DNA of 64,000 nucleotides from an uncultured Methylomirabilota bacterium (GCA_963705305.1 OY970067.1:3200001-3264000); one strand, 5' to 3'; numbered from the stretch's first letter, positions 45,646 through 56,483 are shown. Program-made: numbers and translations. The notes: generated by a model from the letters alone, not told the origin.

Positions 45646-48126
45646 TCAACATTCGCGGAATCCACATTCACATTTCGCGCAACCATCGTCTGTGATCAGA
45701 TTCGCCCCACCGCATTGCGGGCAGAAATTGCCGTTCGCGTTGGTGGGCTGCGGTGCCAGCGCGCCCAGTGCCAGCGCTGGTTGAGGAACGGCTGTGCTGC
45801 CCGAGCTCGCGTTGCCATTCAGGCCTTGCTTGTGCTCCAGGTACCGCTTCGAAGCCTGGGCGATGGCGTCCGGGCCGCTCCGCACCCGGTTTGGGCCAAA
45901 GCCGATCGATCGGCTCCCGGCGATGCCTTCGAGTTGGTCCGCGATCAACTGCAAGCGTTCGAGCGCGTTTGGGAGTCGCTGGAACCGCAGGATGATCGAG
46001 CAGAGACGTGCGGTGGCCTGGGCCCACGCGTTGATGTCGGATCCCGCCTTCCCGCCGTGGCAAAGCATCTCGAACAGCTCCCCCTCGACCTCGTTGAAGG
46101 TGACCTGGAGGTTCCCTTCGGGGGCCGGCTGGGCCACGGTGACGCCAGGGAGGAACGCCGGCCGCTGGCGGAGGGGCCGATCGTCGGGCGTGAGCAAGAG
46201 CTGCATCGGCCCATGCTGAAGGACCACGTCGATAGCCTGCGCGAGGTGGCTGACCTCGATCTCGTTGGGCGTGGGACTGAGCTTCGCCTGGGAGGGCAGC
46301 ACCTTCGCCTCCACCAGTCGGTTGATCTCGGTGGCCAGCCGGCTCTCGATCCCGTGGCGTCGTTCCGCCGCTTCCTTCTGCGTGAGTAGAATGCCCTCTC
46401 GCGAGCCCTCCCGGTAGACGGTGATGCCCTTGCATCCCGCTTCCCAGGCTCTCCGGTAGATCCTGGCCACCGTCTCCGGCGTGGTGTCTCGCGGCAGGTT
46501 TACCGTGACGCTAATGCCTTGGTCGATGTGTTTCTGGAGCGTGGCCTGTAGGAGGATCCGGGCTTCAGGATCGATCTCGTGCGCGGTGACGAAGGTCTCC
46601 GGCAGCGGGTCGGTGTCCTTGGTTCCGGAGATCTGGCGGTACTGGGTCACCAAGGGGTGCTCCACCCGGAACTCCCCCTGTGCCAGCGACTCGCTACGGC
46701 GGATGTACTGGGTGGCAAAGACCGGCTCGATTCCGGAGCTCACGCCGGCGAGCGCGGCGCCGGAGCCGACCGGCGGGACCGTGAGGAGCGCGACATTCCG
46801 CAGGCCGACCTTTCGGATGCTGTCGACGAGTTCCCCCGGGAAGTTCGTGAAGAAGCGGCTGGCCAGGTGCTTGTCCGCGTCGAAAAGCGGGAACGCCCCC
46901 TTCTCCTGCGCCAGCGACACGCTGGTCGCGTAGGCAACCTCCTTGATCTCCGTGAAGAGCCGGTCGGCCATTTGGAGCGCCGCCTCGGAGTCGTAGTGGA
47001 TGCCGAGTTGGATGAACAGGTCGGCCAGGCCCGTGAACCCGGCGCCGATCCGCCGCGACGCCAGGCTGGCCTCTCGCTGCGCGGCCAGCGCATGCCGGGG
47101 CGCGTTGTAGTCGAGGACATCGTCCAGGAACCGGACCGTGTAGCTGACTGCCTCCATGAGCTGCGGAAGGTTGATGTTCGCCTGGGGGGTAAACGGCGCG
47201 TCCACGAAGGCGGCGAGGTTGACGTTTGCCAGGGTGCAGTTGTGGTGCGCCCCCTGCGGTATCTCGCTGCACGGGTTGGTCGAGATCACCTCCATGCCGG
47301 CGTACTCCGACGTGCTCCCGGCCTTCACCGTGTCCCAGAAGAGGACTCCGGGCTCGGCGAAGTCTCGGGCGCCCGTGATGATCTCGGTCCAGAGCTGGTG
47401 GGCCCGGATCACTTCCCGGACGTGGTAGCGGTCCGCTTCGTTCGCGAACTCGAGCACCCACTCCGTGTCGTCCTCCACCGCCTGCATGAAGGCGTGGGAG
47501 ATCCGGACGCTGATGTTCGCGAATTTGAGGCTGGTGTTATCCCGTTTCACCCGGGTGAACGCCAGGATGTCGGGGTGCGTGTCGCCGAGGGAAATCATCA
47601 GGGCGCCGCGCCGACCGCGCTGCCCGATTGTCCCCGTGGTGGCGCTGAACAGGTGGATGAACGAGACGGCCCCCGAACTGGTGATGGCCGCGTTTCGGGT
47701 GGGCGTCCCGTTCGGACGCAGGGTGGAGATGTCGAAGCCACAGCCCCCTCCTCGCTTGTAGGTCTCGGCCATCTCGTGACAGGTCCGGAAGATTCCCTCG
47801 ATGGAGTCCGACGGGGACGGGAGGACGTAGCAGTTGGCCAGCGTCACGTGGCGGGGATTGCCGGCCCCGGTCATCACGCGGCCTCCAGGGATCATCCGGT
47901 AGTTGCCCAGGAGCCACCGGAACCGCCCGGTCCATTGCACCCGCCGCTCCGCGTCTGGCTCGACGCTGGCGATCTCGCGCGCGATCCGATCCCACATCTG
48001 GGTGGGCAGGATTTCGAGCGGCGCATTGTTCTCGTCCCGGGCGGCGTACTTGTCAAAGAAGGTCCGAGCGCGGAGTTCGTCCCCTCCGAAGGCGGCGAGG
48101 GTGTCAGCAGGCAGGGGAGCTTTCAC
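45646..48126 (-). CDS. nrdJ: Class II (adenosylcobalamin) ribonucleotide reductase with TSCPD and Zn-ribbon tail
   Basis: PGGR, LANCYV, GGGCG, RRGALM, TNPCSE, VPPVGS...SSGIEP, KGITVYREGSR and CPQC...C.CGF; no beta subunit nearby. Confidence 0.93.
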   Translation of the reverse strand: MKAPLPADTLAAFGGDELRARTFFDKYAARDENNAPLEILPTQMWDRIAREIASVEPDAERRVQWTGRFRWLLGNYRMIPGGRVMTGAGNPRHVTLANCYVLPSPSDSIEGIFRTCHEMAETYKRGGGCGFDISTLRPNGTPTRNAAITSSGAVSFIHLFSATTGTIGQRGRRGALMISLGDTHPDILAFTRVKRDNTSLKFANISVRISHAFMQAVEDDTEWVLEFANEADRYHVREVIRAHQLWTEIITGARDFAEPGVLFWDTVKAGSTSEYAGMEVISTNPCSEIPQGAHHNCTLANVNLAAFVDAPFTPQANINLPQLMEAVSYTVRFLDDVLDYNAPRHALAAQREASLASRRIGAGFTGLADLFIQLGIHYDSEAALQMADRLFTEIKEVAYATSVSLAQEKGAFPLFDADKHLASRFFTNFPGELVDSIRKVGLRNVALLTVPPVGSGAALAGVSSGIEPVFATQYIRRSESLAQGEFRVEHPLVTQYRQISGTKDTDPLPETFVTAHEIDPEARILLQATLQKHIDQGISVTVNLPRDTTPETVARIYRRAWEAGCKGITVYREGSREGILLTQKEAAERRHGIESRLATEINRLVEAKVLPSQAKLSPTPNEIEVSHLAQAIDVVLQHGPMQLLLTPDDRPLRQRPAFLPGVTVAQPAPEGNLQVTFNEVEGELFEMLCHGGKAGSDINAWAQATARLCSIILRFQRLPNALERLQLIADQLEGIAGSRSIGFGPNRVRSGPDAIAQASKRYLEHKQGLNGNASSGSTAVPQPALALGALAPQPTNANGNFCPQCGGANLITDDGCAKCECGFREC

Positions 48127-48406
48127 TGTGGATCTCCGAACAGCGTAATCGGGTCACGGATGGGGTCAGCAGACCGATCCTGGTCTGCGAGCGCCGCGTC
48201 CGGGGAGCAGACTACTTGCCGGTGGCGTGGTCGCAAGGGGAGAAAAATGCATCGAATGGGGACACAGATCCCCCAAGGTCTGGGGACGATCCTATCCAAC
48301 ACGCCGTGTTGCATAGTCGACGCAGCCGTGGCAGCCGCAGAGATGCTTTCCAGGGTGCGGCCCCCGCCGGGTCTTTCTGGTGTGCGGGCAGAGATGAGGG
48401 TGGAGC

Positions 48407-49783
48407 CTATCGTTCTCCGTCCCCCAGAATGTAGGGGATTGTCCCCATCCATTCGGCGAGCGGGGCAGCGAGGCTCGTCCGCCGGTTTGGATCCCAGTCC
48501 TGGTACAGCTGGTACACCATGGCCGCTCGGCGGACAAGGGTACTTCCATCGTAGGCATAGGTTCTGGTCAGATGGCGAACCCACGTGGCTTCCGGGTCTG
48601 TCGGCTGCCCGGCCGCCGCCTCCGATGCCAGGGTCTTGAGTTCCTCGTGCCAATCGCGGTGTCGATACCCCTGTTGAATCCTTTGCGCCATGGTGGGGTC
48701 GCTGATGGCAATCGGGAGGAGGAGCGTCGTCAGGTCCTCCAGGGTGATCCGGGGTGTCACGATCGTGCGGTCGCGGCTCGTGAGGTCTGTCTGGAACAGC
48801 GTGCCCAGCGCATGTCCCGACAGGGATGTGAGGAGGCTCTTCGCCACCGGCGTCGGCACCTTCGGGCGGGTCGGCATGGGGATGGTGCTCCACGCGGTCA
48901 AGGCCTCGACGTGGATGGCCGGGTCGAGCTTGGGAACACGGAGCAGGCAGCTCTGGACCTCCGCCGGCGCGGCCAGCCACACCGGCAGGAGTTCCGCGAT
49001 CCGCTCCGGCGTCAGGTGCTCGAGCGCGAAACGGTTCACCCGGTGCGCCTCGCCGGATGCGATCGCCATGCGCAGGGTGTCCTGGTTCTTGCGCCGCTCC
49101 GCCGAGGCTCTCCGACTCTGGAGTCTGGCCTCCTTTTGCCTCGCCAGGCGAGTGGCCTCGGCGGCCTCCTGGGCAGCCGTGTGGCGACTCCGCGCCTGTT
49201 CGAGCAAGCAGCCCAATTCCTTCCGAGCTTCGGGGATCCAGTTCGCCCTGATGGCCTCGCTGATCGGCTGGACATGCGGATGAGCCCGGCATTTCTCCAG
49301 GAAGGCGTCGGCAATCACGGTCGGGAATGGACCGTGGATCGAAAGGCAGCAGCTCGGGAAGTCGGTGTGGCGGTCCCGCGGGATCTCCTCCCAAAATGGG
49401 TGGCTCCAGTCCTGCCCCCGGATGGCGTCCGCCAGAAACGCCGCGACCGAGCGGTGCCGCTGGGCGTTCGTCCAGAGGTGATAGGACGAAAAGCGCTCCA
49501 GCCAGGCGTGCGGGATCTCAATCCCCACGAAGCCGTTGCTATCCGTGACATTCTGAACTGCCTGGACATGGGCCGGGCACGTCGGCGTGAGATCGGCCAA
49601 GGTGACGTACTCTGCCATCAGGGCGGCTTCGACCATCCCAGAGTCTTCTCGGAGTGCGTCCAGCAGGAACGGGGCGAGTTCGCGGTGATACCCCGTGGAT
49701 GCCGCTATCCCACCAGGCGGGGGACCTGCGTGCTCGCTGGGGGTCGTTTCAGGATCTGCTGGCAAGAGATCGAGTTGGGTCAT
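48407..49783 (-). CDS. Hypothetical protein
   Basis: Long ORF co-oriented with its neighbours; start set at MTQLDLL; no motif recognised. Confidence 0.6.
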   Translation of the reverse strand: MTQLDLLPADPETTPSEHAGPPPGGIAASTGYHRELAPFLLDALREDSGMVEAALMAEYVTLADLTPTCPAHVQAVQNVTDSNGFVGIEIPHAWLERFSSYHLWTNAQRHRSVAAFLADAIRGQDWSHPFWEEIPRDRHTDFPSCCLSIHGPFPTVIADAFLEKCRAHPHVQPISEAIRANWIPEARKELGCLLEQARSRHTAAQEAAEATRLARQKEARLQSRRASAERRKNQDTLRMAIASGEAHRVNRFALEHLTPERIAELLPVWLAAPAEVQSCLLRVPKLDPAIHVEALTAWSTIPMPTRPKVPTPVAKSLLTSLSGHALGTLFQTDLTSRDRTIVTPRITLEDLTTLLLPIAISDPTMAQRIQQGYRHRDWHEELKTLASEAAAGQPTDPEATWVRHLTRTYAYDGSTLVRRAAMVYQLYQDWDPNRRTSLAAPLAEWMGTIPYILGDGER

Positions 49784-50016
49784 CGTGCTTGCGTCCTGTG
49801 GCTCAGCGGCATTCCGAAGATGGGGCTCCCCATACACGGGGAGGCCCCCCATCGGTGTGCGGTGCGCCCACCCTCCGTCCTCGCCGTAGGTGGGGACGTT
49901 TTGCTTGGGAGAGTAGCCCGTGTCGACTCGCCGGCCGTGCCCCCCCAGCGTGGACTTCGTCCGATGGTGTGGGAGCCTCCCCGGACCCCCGCGCTCTTGG
50001 TCGCATGGTTGATCGA

Positions 50017-51231
50017 TTAGCTCGCGGCTTCGCGCGGCGTCAGCTGTGCCTGGGGGAAGCGGTGTCGAGCGCCGAGGACATACGCCAGAATCCGATCGCT
50101 CGTTACCCATTGGCGGCCGAGGCGCTCCGCCACCTCGCCCGTCGTCGAGCTGCCGCCGAAGAAGTCCACCACGAGGTCCCCCGGACGCGTGAGGAACTTG
50201 ATGAAGAACTCCGGGAGCGCTGCGGGGAAACGCGCCGGGTGCGGGGGGAGGCCTTCGCCGCGGCATCCCTGCAGGTACTGATTGTTCGAGACCGTGTTGG
50301 GGGCGGTGAGCAAATTCCCCGGAATGGCCCCGCCGTTGTCTACGCCGAATGCACTGTCGGCGAACCTATAGCCGCTGGGGCGGTTCGCCGTCCGTTCGCC
50401 CCCCTCCGCGAGCCGCGCCTGCATCCGTGCCGAGTACGGGGCAAGGACCCCCCGGTTATCGGCATACGGGTAGGCATCCCGGGCCAACCAGTAGATCTGC
50501 TCGAGACTGGGCTTCACGCGCACGCGGCGAATCGTCACCCACTCGGCCGGGGCCGGCAGCTTCGACGGATTGAGCCACGCGAACCGCTGGCACAGTCGGA
50601 GGCCAAGTTCGTCTACCAATCGAAGCACCAACCGCTCCTGGTACAGGCTCAGGGTGGGTTGCCCTGCCTCCCACACATCACCTAGGTTCAGCACGATGCT
50701 TCCGTCGGGTGTGAGCTTCTGCGGCCACTGGGCGGCCAGCCGCAGGAACCAGCTCAGGTACTCCTGGGCGGAGAGGTTACCGTATGCCTTCTGTCGCGTG
50801 AGGGGATACGGGGGTGAGGTGAGGATCAACTGGACGCTGCCGTCCTCCACGTACCCTACCGCGTCCTCTGCCGCGGCCCAGAGGGCGGCGCCGTGCTCCG
50901 TGACGAACACGGTGATGACCACACCGGGTCGGCTCTCCCTGAGCTGCTTCCGGCCCTTCTCCGTGATCTCCCACGCGCCCGGCTCGATCGGCCGCAGGAG
51001 GCCAAGGAACTTGCCCCGCTGCTGTGCCCAGCGCACGGAACGGGCAAACGTGTTGATCGTCCCGGCGGAGGCCAGCGTCTCGGTGGCCGTGCGGATCGCC
51101 GCGGAAACGCCCGTTCGTTCGGCAACCGCGCTGTAAAGATCCGCCGTTCGGGCGCGGCCACCGTTCGCGGCGATGGCTTCGAGGACCGGGAGGAGGAGTT
51201 GGCCTTGAGATGGCGAACTGTCTAGTGACAT
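50017..51231 (-). CDS. Beta-class N4-C/N6-A DNA methyltransferase fused to an Mrr N-terminal winged helix
   Basis: LLPVLEAI...VRWA...GAWEITEKG (Mrr_N); TSPPY, HPARFP and DFFGGS. Confidence 0.88.
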   Translation of the reverse strand: MSLDSSPSQGQLLLPVLEAIAANGGRARTADLYSAVAERTGVSAAIRTATETLASAGTINTFARSVRWAQQRGKFLGLLRPIEPGAWEITEKGRKQLRESRPGVVITVFVTEHGAALWAAAEDAVGYVEDGSVQLILTSPPYPLTRQKAYGNLSAQEYLSWFLRLAAQWPQKLTPDGSIVLNLGDVWEAGQPTLSLYQERLVLRLVDELGLRLCQRFAWLNPSKLPAPAEWVTIRRVRVKPSLEQIYWLARDAYPYADNRGVLAPYSARMQARLAEGGERTANRPSGYRFADSAFGVDNGGAIPGNLLTAPNTVSNNQYLQGCRGEGLPPHPARFPAALPEFFIKFLTRPGDLVVDFFGGSSTTGEVAERLGRQWVTSDRILAYVLGARHRFPQAQLTPREAAS

Positions 51232-51684
51232 GAATGGTGTGCACCTGGCTGCCGCAGGGAAGACCCGGTCGTGGACGCAGGGAGGACTCCCTCTAAATGT
51301 TGGAGAGGCTTCATCCTTCTGATCGATCTGGGCGCAGTCGCCATAACCCGTGGTGTCGCCCTGGTGTTCGAGCATGCGGCGGAGCGCGAGTTCGCACGCC
51401 ATCGTGGAGGCGTTTCCAGCCTAGGCTACGACGGGATACCCTGGGCGATCGGGGTTGCTCCGGGTCCGAGGTTGTGTGCCCTATTGTCCTGGTCCAGCAG
51501 AATCCCGGGGCGTGGCTGGATCCGGGGTCCCTTGGGAGATGGTGGGAATCCGATTCTCGGATGTGCCTCGGTCCCCCGTGTGGTCCTTCGCCGCATTGCG
51601 ATGCGGGGGTCCGTCGCAGGTGACGCCGGCTCTGTCGGGTCTTTTGGGTTGGGGCTCTGGTGTGAGCATCTCCGGCCGAAAACA

Positions 51685-51718
51685 GCAACGCCCCCCAGCC
51701 GAAGGCTAGAGGGCGTTG
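51685..51718 (-). terminator. Hairpin downstream of the NADAR fusion gene
   Basis: CAACGCCC...GGGCGTTG stem with a T-rich tail on the minus strand. Confidence 0.45.
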
Positions 51719-51731
51719 AGTTGGCGTCCGT

Positions 51732-53009
51732 TCATGCCGTGCGAGGGATGCGCTCGTAGCCAAGGGCCACGAGCACGTCGCGCAGGTAGAAGCAGGCCGC
51801 TCGGAAGGTTCCTGGAGTTGCCCGGTGCTCCCGGTTGCCTGCCACGTTCAGGATCTGGATGCGGTGCTCGCGGATCCATGCGACCCCCTCAGCGGCTGGT
51901 CGAGGGTGGGCCAGATCCACGTCGAAGTGTGGTCGATGGTTCTCCTCGATCGCCCGGAGCGTGCATCGCTCGCCGGCCGTCGTGAAATCGAAGGCGAGCC
52001 GGATGGTCCCGTGCGCCTCCTTTGCGTTCGCGAAGGTTCGGGCGGGATACCCACCATGGTGTTCCTGGAGCTTGAAGCGATCCCGGAGCAACGTTGGCGC
52101 CGCTCCACGACTGGTGAGCCAGCCTTTCGGGGCCCAGCCTCCGGTGGGGATGCCGAACGCTTCGGCGGTGAAGAGTCCGGCCTGGTCGGCTCCCGTTTGC
52201 CCACCGCTGATGATCTTCACCAGGGGCCGGCTGACAACCGGTGGTTCCTGGCGGAGCTTCGTCCGGAGGGCCATCAAGAGATTCCCCAACATGTTCTGGC
52301 CCGCTCCGGTCCGGACATCCCGGCCCCAGAACGTGTCGTTCCAGGTATTCCCCTCGATCAGTTCCGCCTCGCCGGTGGCGAGCAACTTGCCGCGCAGCTC
52401 TGGATCGCTGAATTTCTTCCGGACGATCTGCGCCATGACCTTGACCTTGATGGTCTCCCAGTTCGGTCGCAGCGGCACCCTGTAGCCGATGGCCTTGAGC
52501 TCCCGAAGGTCTTTGGCCTTGAGGAGCTTCTTGATCCACTCGGCGTCATCGGTCTTGCTGAGCTGGTAGGCGACCTCGGCCGATGGGCAGGTGAGCCTCC
52601 GCCATTCTATCGGGTGCGGGTAGGGGTTCGCGAGGAAGCGGAACTCGCCTCGGAACCCGGGGATGACTGGTCGGGGGGCCACCATGGCTGCGGGCGCATG
52701 CCGGTCGAGCCAGGCCGCGATGACGTCCCCGTGGCATGGCAGCGGCCCCTCGGGTTTCTTGCAGAAGCAGCCGAGCCGCTTCCCCCGGAGTTCTAGGAGG
52801 CGGCGTCGGAACTGAGCATCGCGTGCGATCCGCGCTTCAAAGTCGCGCGTGTACGCTTCCAGGCAGCTTGCCCGATCGTGGATTGCGCCGTTGCAGCGGG
52901 GACACGGCCTGCCGATCAGGTGGGGGTTTCCGAAGTCCCCGCCTGCGCCTTTCCCGCCCCGGCCGATGTAGACGTTGTACGGCTGGCTGATATGCACGAC
53001 TGCCGTCAT
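51732..53009 (-). CDS. DUF4326-NADAR-SLOG (MoCo-carrier-like) three-domain fusion
   Basis: VYIGR..FGNP..LGCFC..CHGD; FLAN.Y..SAE.AYQ..LIEGN.W.D.FWG..GQNMLG; KIISGGQTGAD..GGWAPKG..LNVAGNR. Confidence 0.88.
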   Translation of the reverse strand: MTAVVHISQPYNVYIGRGGKGAGGDFGNPHLIGRPCPRCNGAIHDRASCLEAYTRDFEARIARDAQFRRRLLELRGKRLGCFCKKPEGPLPCHGDVIAAWLDRHAPAAMVAPRPVIPGFRGEFRFLANPYPHPIEWRRLTCPSAEVAYQLSKTDDAEWIKKLLKAKDLRELKAIGYRVPLRPNWETIKVKVMAQIVRKKFSDPELRGKLLATGEAELIEGNTWNDTFWGRDVRTGAGQNMLGNLLMALRTKLRQEPPVVSRPLVKIISGGQTGADQAGLFTAEAFGIPTGGWAPKGWLTSRGAAPTLLRDRFKLQEHHGGYPARTFANAKEAHGTIRLAFDFTTAGERCTLRAIEENHRPHFDVDLAHPRPAAEGVAWIREHRIQILNVAGNREHRATPGTFRAACFYLRDVLVALGYERIPRTA

Positions 53010-53099
53010 CGATGCTTCTCCATCCAGGACCGCTCCCCCAGGCGAGGAGCGGCAACTTACGTGCTCCGCGCCTGGCGGATGGCTCTCGATGAGCCGGGA

Positions 53100-53243
53100 T
53101 CAGAAGCGGCTGTAGGGGGAGCAGCGCTCGTACGGCTTGTACAGGAACCGGTAGCCTCCGTACACAACTACAGCGATCCCGAGGAAGATGCCCTCGGGTG
53201 TCTTCATGAGGCTGGTGAGCAGCCCCAGGATGTAGGCGGCCAT
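53100..53243 (-). CDS. Small single-TM peptide (47 aa)
   Basis: AGGAGGAG RBS before MAAYILG. Confidence 0.45.
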   Translation of the reverse strand: MAAYILGLLTSLMKTPEGIFLGIAVVVYGGYRFLYKPYERCSPYSRF

Positions 53244-53703
53244 GGTCTCCTCCTGCCGTCCCTCCCTCTCGGGAGTCGTGTGGGGGTTCCAGGTGCCCCT
53301 CAGGGATCCGCTGCACTTGCTGGGCACTCCGACCGGAAGCTCTTGTCTGACGGTGCGGTTCTTCCGCGCACGGCATCGACGACCAGCGGCGCTCGGAGCG
53401 CAGGTCTTCGGATGTGTGCTTGCGGACCATCACGAGGTACCTGCGGCACCGGGGAATCAGAATCACACGACCGTCAGCGTCCGGTTGGAGGTCGGGCGGT
53501 TCTGGGCAGGGGTTGCCACGGGCGCAAGCGTCAGCGCGGCCGTCAGGATGACCAGGAACCGGATGCAGCCGACCAGAGGACGATGGCACGCGGGCCCCTC
53601 TTGCGACCGTCCCAGCTGGCGGGGAGCGGTCCGATGCCTGTCTCCCGCACCAGGCGGGTGGCTAACGGAAAATCCGGTATGGGGGGAGTCAACCCCGGAG
53701 CCG

Positions 53704-54021
53704 CTATTGACTCACGCTGGGTCCGGAGCCCATCGTCAAGACGGTCGTGGCCACGTTCCCTTTTCCATACTCGACGGAGCATCGGATGATCCGTCGTCCC
53801 TGTCGGAAAAGGAACGTATCAACGACCCGGCCGCCGGTGACCTCGGTGCTGACGGGCTGGCCGATGGCGCGGATGATCTCGCTCCGCACGGCGCCGGTCC
53901 GGACGACCGACAGATCGCGGGGCACCATCTGCTCACCGAGCGAGCCGATCAGTATGAGGGGGACGAGCAACAGAAGAAGAAGGATCAGCAGGGATACGGG
54001 ATGCATGCGCTGGGTCATCAT
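53704..54021 (-). CDS. Small membrane-anchored protein
   Basis: AGGAG RBS, N-terminal hydrophobic helix, and SEIIRAIGQP (weakly BamE/SmpA-like). Confidence 0.45.
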   Translation of the reverse strand: MMTQRMHPVSLLILLLLLLVPLILIGSLGEQMVPRDLSVVRTGAVRSEIIRAIGQPVSTEVTGGRVVDTFLFRQGRRIIRCSVEYGKGNVATTVLTMGSGPSVSQ

Positions 54022-55552
54022 GGCTTTCTCCTGTGAGACCTTCCCTGCGCGGCAGGGAGGTCGGTCAAGGGACTCCCCCACCGTGCGGGCGGCTCATCGA
54101 AGAGCCAGTAGGTGTCGCTTCTCACGCGGGTGAGAAGGGGGGCATGAACGGTTGTCAAAGAACCCGCAGGCTCCCCTGGCGTGCCAGGTGGGACGGCCAA
54201 GGGCCGTCCAGAGCGTGCGGCGACACTTCCTGGACGATACCGCGACGCGCATGCAGTGCAAGGACACGAACCTGTTCGTCGGAGGGGGTGTGGACCCGTT
54301 CTGGGATGTAACGGACGAAGGAGGTCTAGCGGATCTGACGAAGCCCTGCGACTACTGGGGGACGGGGAAGCCGCCGGGGGACTGGGCGGACGGCGAGCCC
54401 GTAGGTACGGAGCCGACTGTCGTGGAGTTCAAGTTTCTGCTCTCGGATGGGTGTTCCCCGGATGTCCATGTCGGAGAAGCAACAGAGGCTGAAGTGCCTG
54501 GGGAAAATCATTCCCCAGGGGACTGAGGCCGGCCGCAGGTTGTTAACGTCCTTTCCGCAAGAGCAGGCAACGCGCGTGCTCTGGGGTCATGCTGGTGTCC
54601 TGTTTGCCCGTTCGACCATCAGGCAGATGAGTCTGAGGACATTAGAGAGAAGGGTCATTGCCGTGGACAGGTGGCTATTCGGGCCTTCCGTTTGTATGTG
54701 GGCCAGAGGATCAGGGCGACACTGTCTGTGGCACACGCGGCAGGTAGCCCTCACTGTGCAGCACAAGTGAGACGCGCTCGCAGTCTTTCTGAGGGCCGTG
54801 GCCGTCAGCAGGGGCGCCTCGATCCAGCACCCGCTCGTGGTCCGCGTACCTAGCCAGAGGGCGGACCACCGCCCAGGTCAGAGGAAGGGGGCGGGCGATA
54901 GGCCGAAGCACATCCGTGGCGGGATTTCGCTCAGCGATGATGCGTGCGTGCAACCCGGGCATTCTGAGGGCCTCGCTCTCGGCTGTGGAATATCGCTCCA
55001 CGGCGCGGCGGTAGAACAGCTCCTGGAGGGAAGCAACCAGCTCCGTCGATGGCAGATACTGGCCGTGTCCCTGCGCCCGTCGCCTAAGCAGCTCCTGATG
55101 GAATGGCCTACAGAGGGGGGGCCGCGGTATTTGGGTGCACGTGGTGCCGCCGGAAGTCCGCAGGCACCCGGGGGAGGTGGCCGGTCGGGACGCATGTGAA
55201 GATCTTCGCGCACCGGCACGGGCTTGCGATCGTCGTCAGAAAGGGCAGGTCCGTGAGCCGGTGTGCGCAGAACCGGGGCTGATTGGTGTCCGAGTTGATT
55301 TGATCGGATTCACGCGGTTAGTGGACGAGACTGCTCTGGGATGCCTCTGACAGGAAGCGCTCTCGCTTGCTCTGGGCCTTCATCATGGTCCTCAGGGGTG
55401 AAGCTTCGCGATCCTGGGCGGAAATCGCGGCAAGGTCTCGCGCCCAAAGGCGACTTCTAGGACGGTGAGGACCATCCGCGATAATGCCGGACGCAGGGCT
55501 TCGATCAGGATGCTACCCGTCGCCCCCGCTTCACTCAAGCAGCTTGTAGACC

Positions 55553-56284
55553 CTATGGCGAGCCCGCAGAGCCCTCCGCTCGCTCAGCCCCTGGGATCTC
55601 TTCGCGCCCGATGATCCTGTCGAAGACCAATGTGGCGCAATCGACGCACACCGCCTTGACCGACTGCCAGTGGTGCCAGCGGGGGTCAAGGTGTTTGTAC
55701 TCTGCCAGATTCATCTCTTCGAGGTCGTAGGGCAGCGGGTTCGCCAGTTGAATCTGAAGCTGCTGCAAGGCTGATTCCTCATTCGGCTGCGGGTAGAGCC
55801 GATCGAATGGACGCAGGGCGTCGGCGACTTTCTCCGCACCCATTCGGTCGGCCAAGGCGACGAAATCGAGATAGTCGCGCGTGGCGTTGCGCCTGAGGAT
55901 CAACACTCCCTTGATCCGCAGGATTTCGGCCAGGGTCGGCACGGTCAGCATCTGACCGCGCCATTCAATCTGGGCGGTCTCCAGGGGCGTGTCTCGGAGC
56001 AACTGCCGGACCCCGGTCTCGATGCCGTCGAGGCTGCCGAGAATTTGCACCGGCCGCTGGACGCGGGCGGTCTTCCAGCCCGCCACGGACTCCAGCAGGG
56101 CGAGCACTTGGTCAAAGCGCGCCCGCAGATCAGTCAGCACATGATCCGCATCGGCCGATAGTCGGTGGCTCGCATAGAGTGCGGACGCGGTGCCGCCGAC
56201 CAGAACAGCCTCCGGCAGGAGGCGTTGTAGGCGAGCAGCGCAGGACAGAACCTGCTCCCACTCAGGCAAGGTGTCGTTCGGCAT
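55553..56284 (-). CDS. AbiEii-like nucleotidyltransferase (type IV TA toxin)
   Basis: LVGGTA, HRLSADAD and K......RNATRDYLD. Confidence 0.85.
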   Translation of the reverse strand: MPNDTLPEWEQVLSCAARLQRLLPEAVLVGGTASALYASHRLSADADHVLTDLRARFDQVLALLESVAGWKTARVQRPVQILGSLDGIETGVRQLLRDTPLETAQIEWRGQMLTVPTLAEILRIKGVLILRRNATRDYLDFVALADRMGAEKVADALRPFDRLYPQPNEESALQQLQIQLANPLPYDLEEMNLAEYKHLDPRWHHWQSVKAVCVDCATLVFDRIIGREEIPGAERAEGSAGSP

Positions 56285-56483
56285 AGTGTTTCCAGAAGTG
56301 GTAGCGCTGGGCGTAGGGGTCGTCCACATGCGCCTTGCACACGCGCAGCACCTTCTCCAGGACGACCCGATCCCGAAGGACCGCACGCCGCAGGTCAGCC
56401 CAATCCTGCTGCCTGCCACGACCGATCACGTCATCGATAGCGGCGAGCGTAAGGTTCTGATGGTTCAGATGGCGGTGAAGCAT
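56262..56483 (-). CDS. Cognate small antitoxin
   Basis: 73 aa; IDDVIGRG...DW; overlaps the toxin start. Confidence 0.7.
   Translation of the reverse strand: MLHRHLNHQNLTLAAIDDVIGRGRQQDWADLRRAVLRDRVVLEKVLRVCKAHVDDPYAQRYHFWKHYAERHLA

Noticed and set aside
48127..48406. Cobalamin riboswitch upstream of nrdJ
   Set aside because: No B12-box or other conserved motifs were recognised.
54100..55550. Coding genes in this interval
   Set aside because: Fragmented ORFs on both strands without recognisable motifs; probably decayed DNA.
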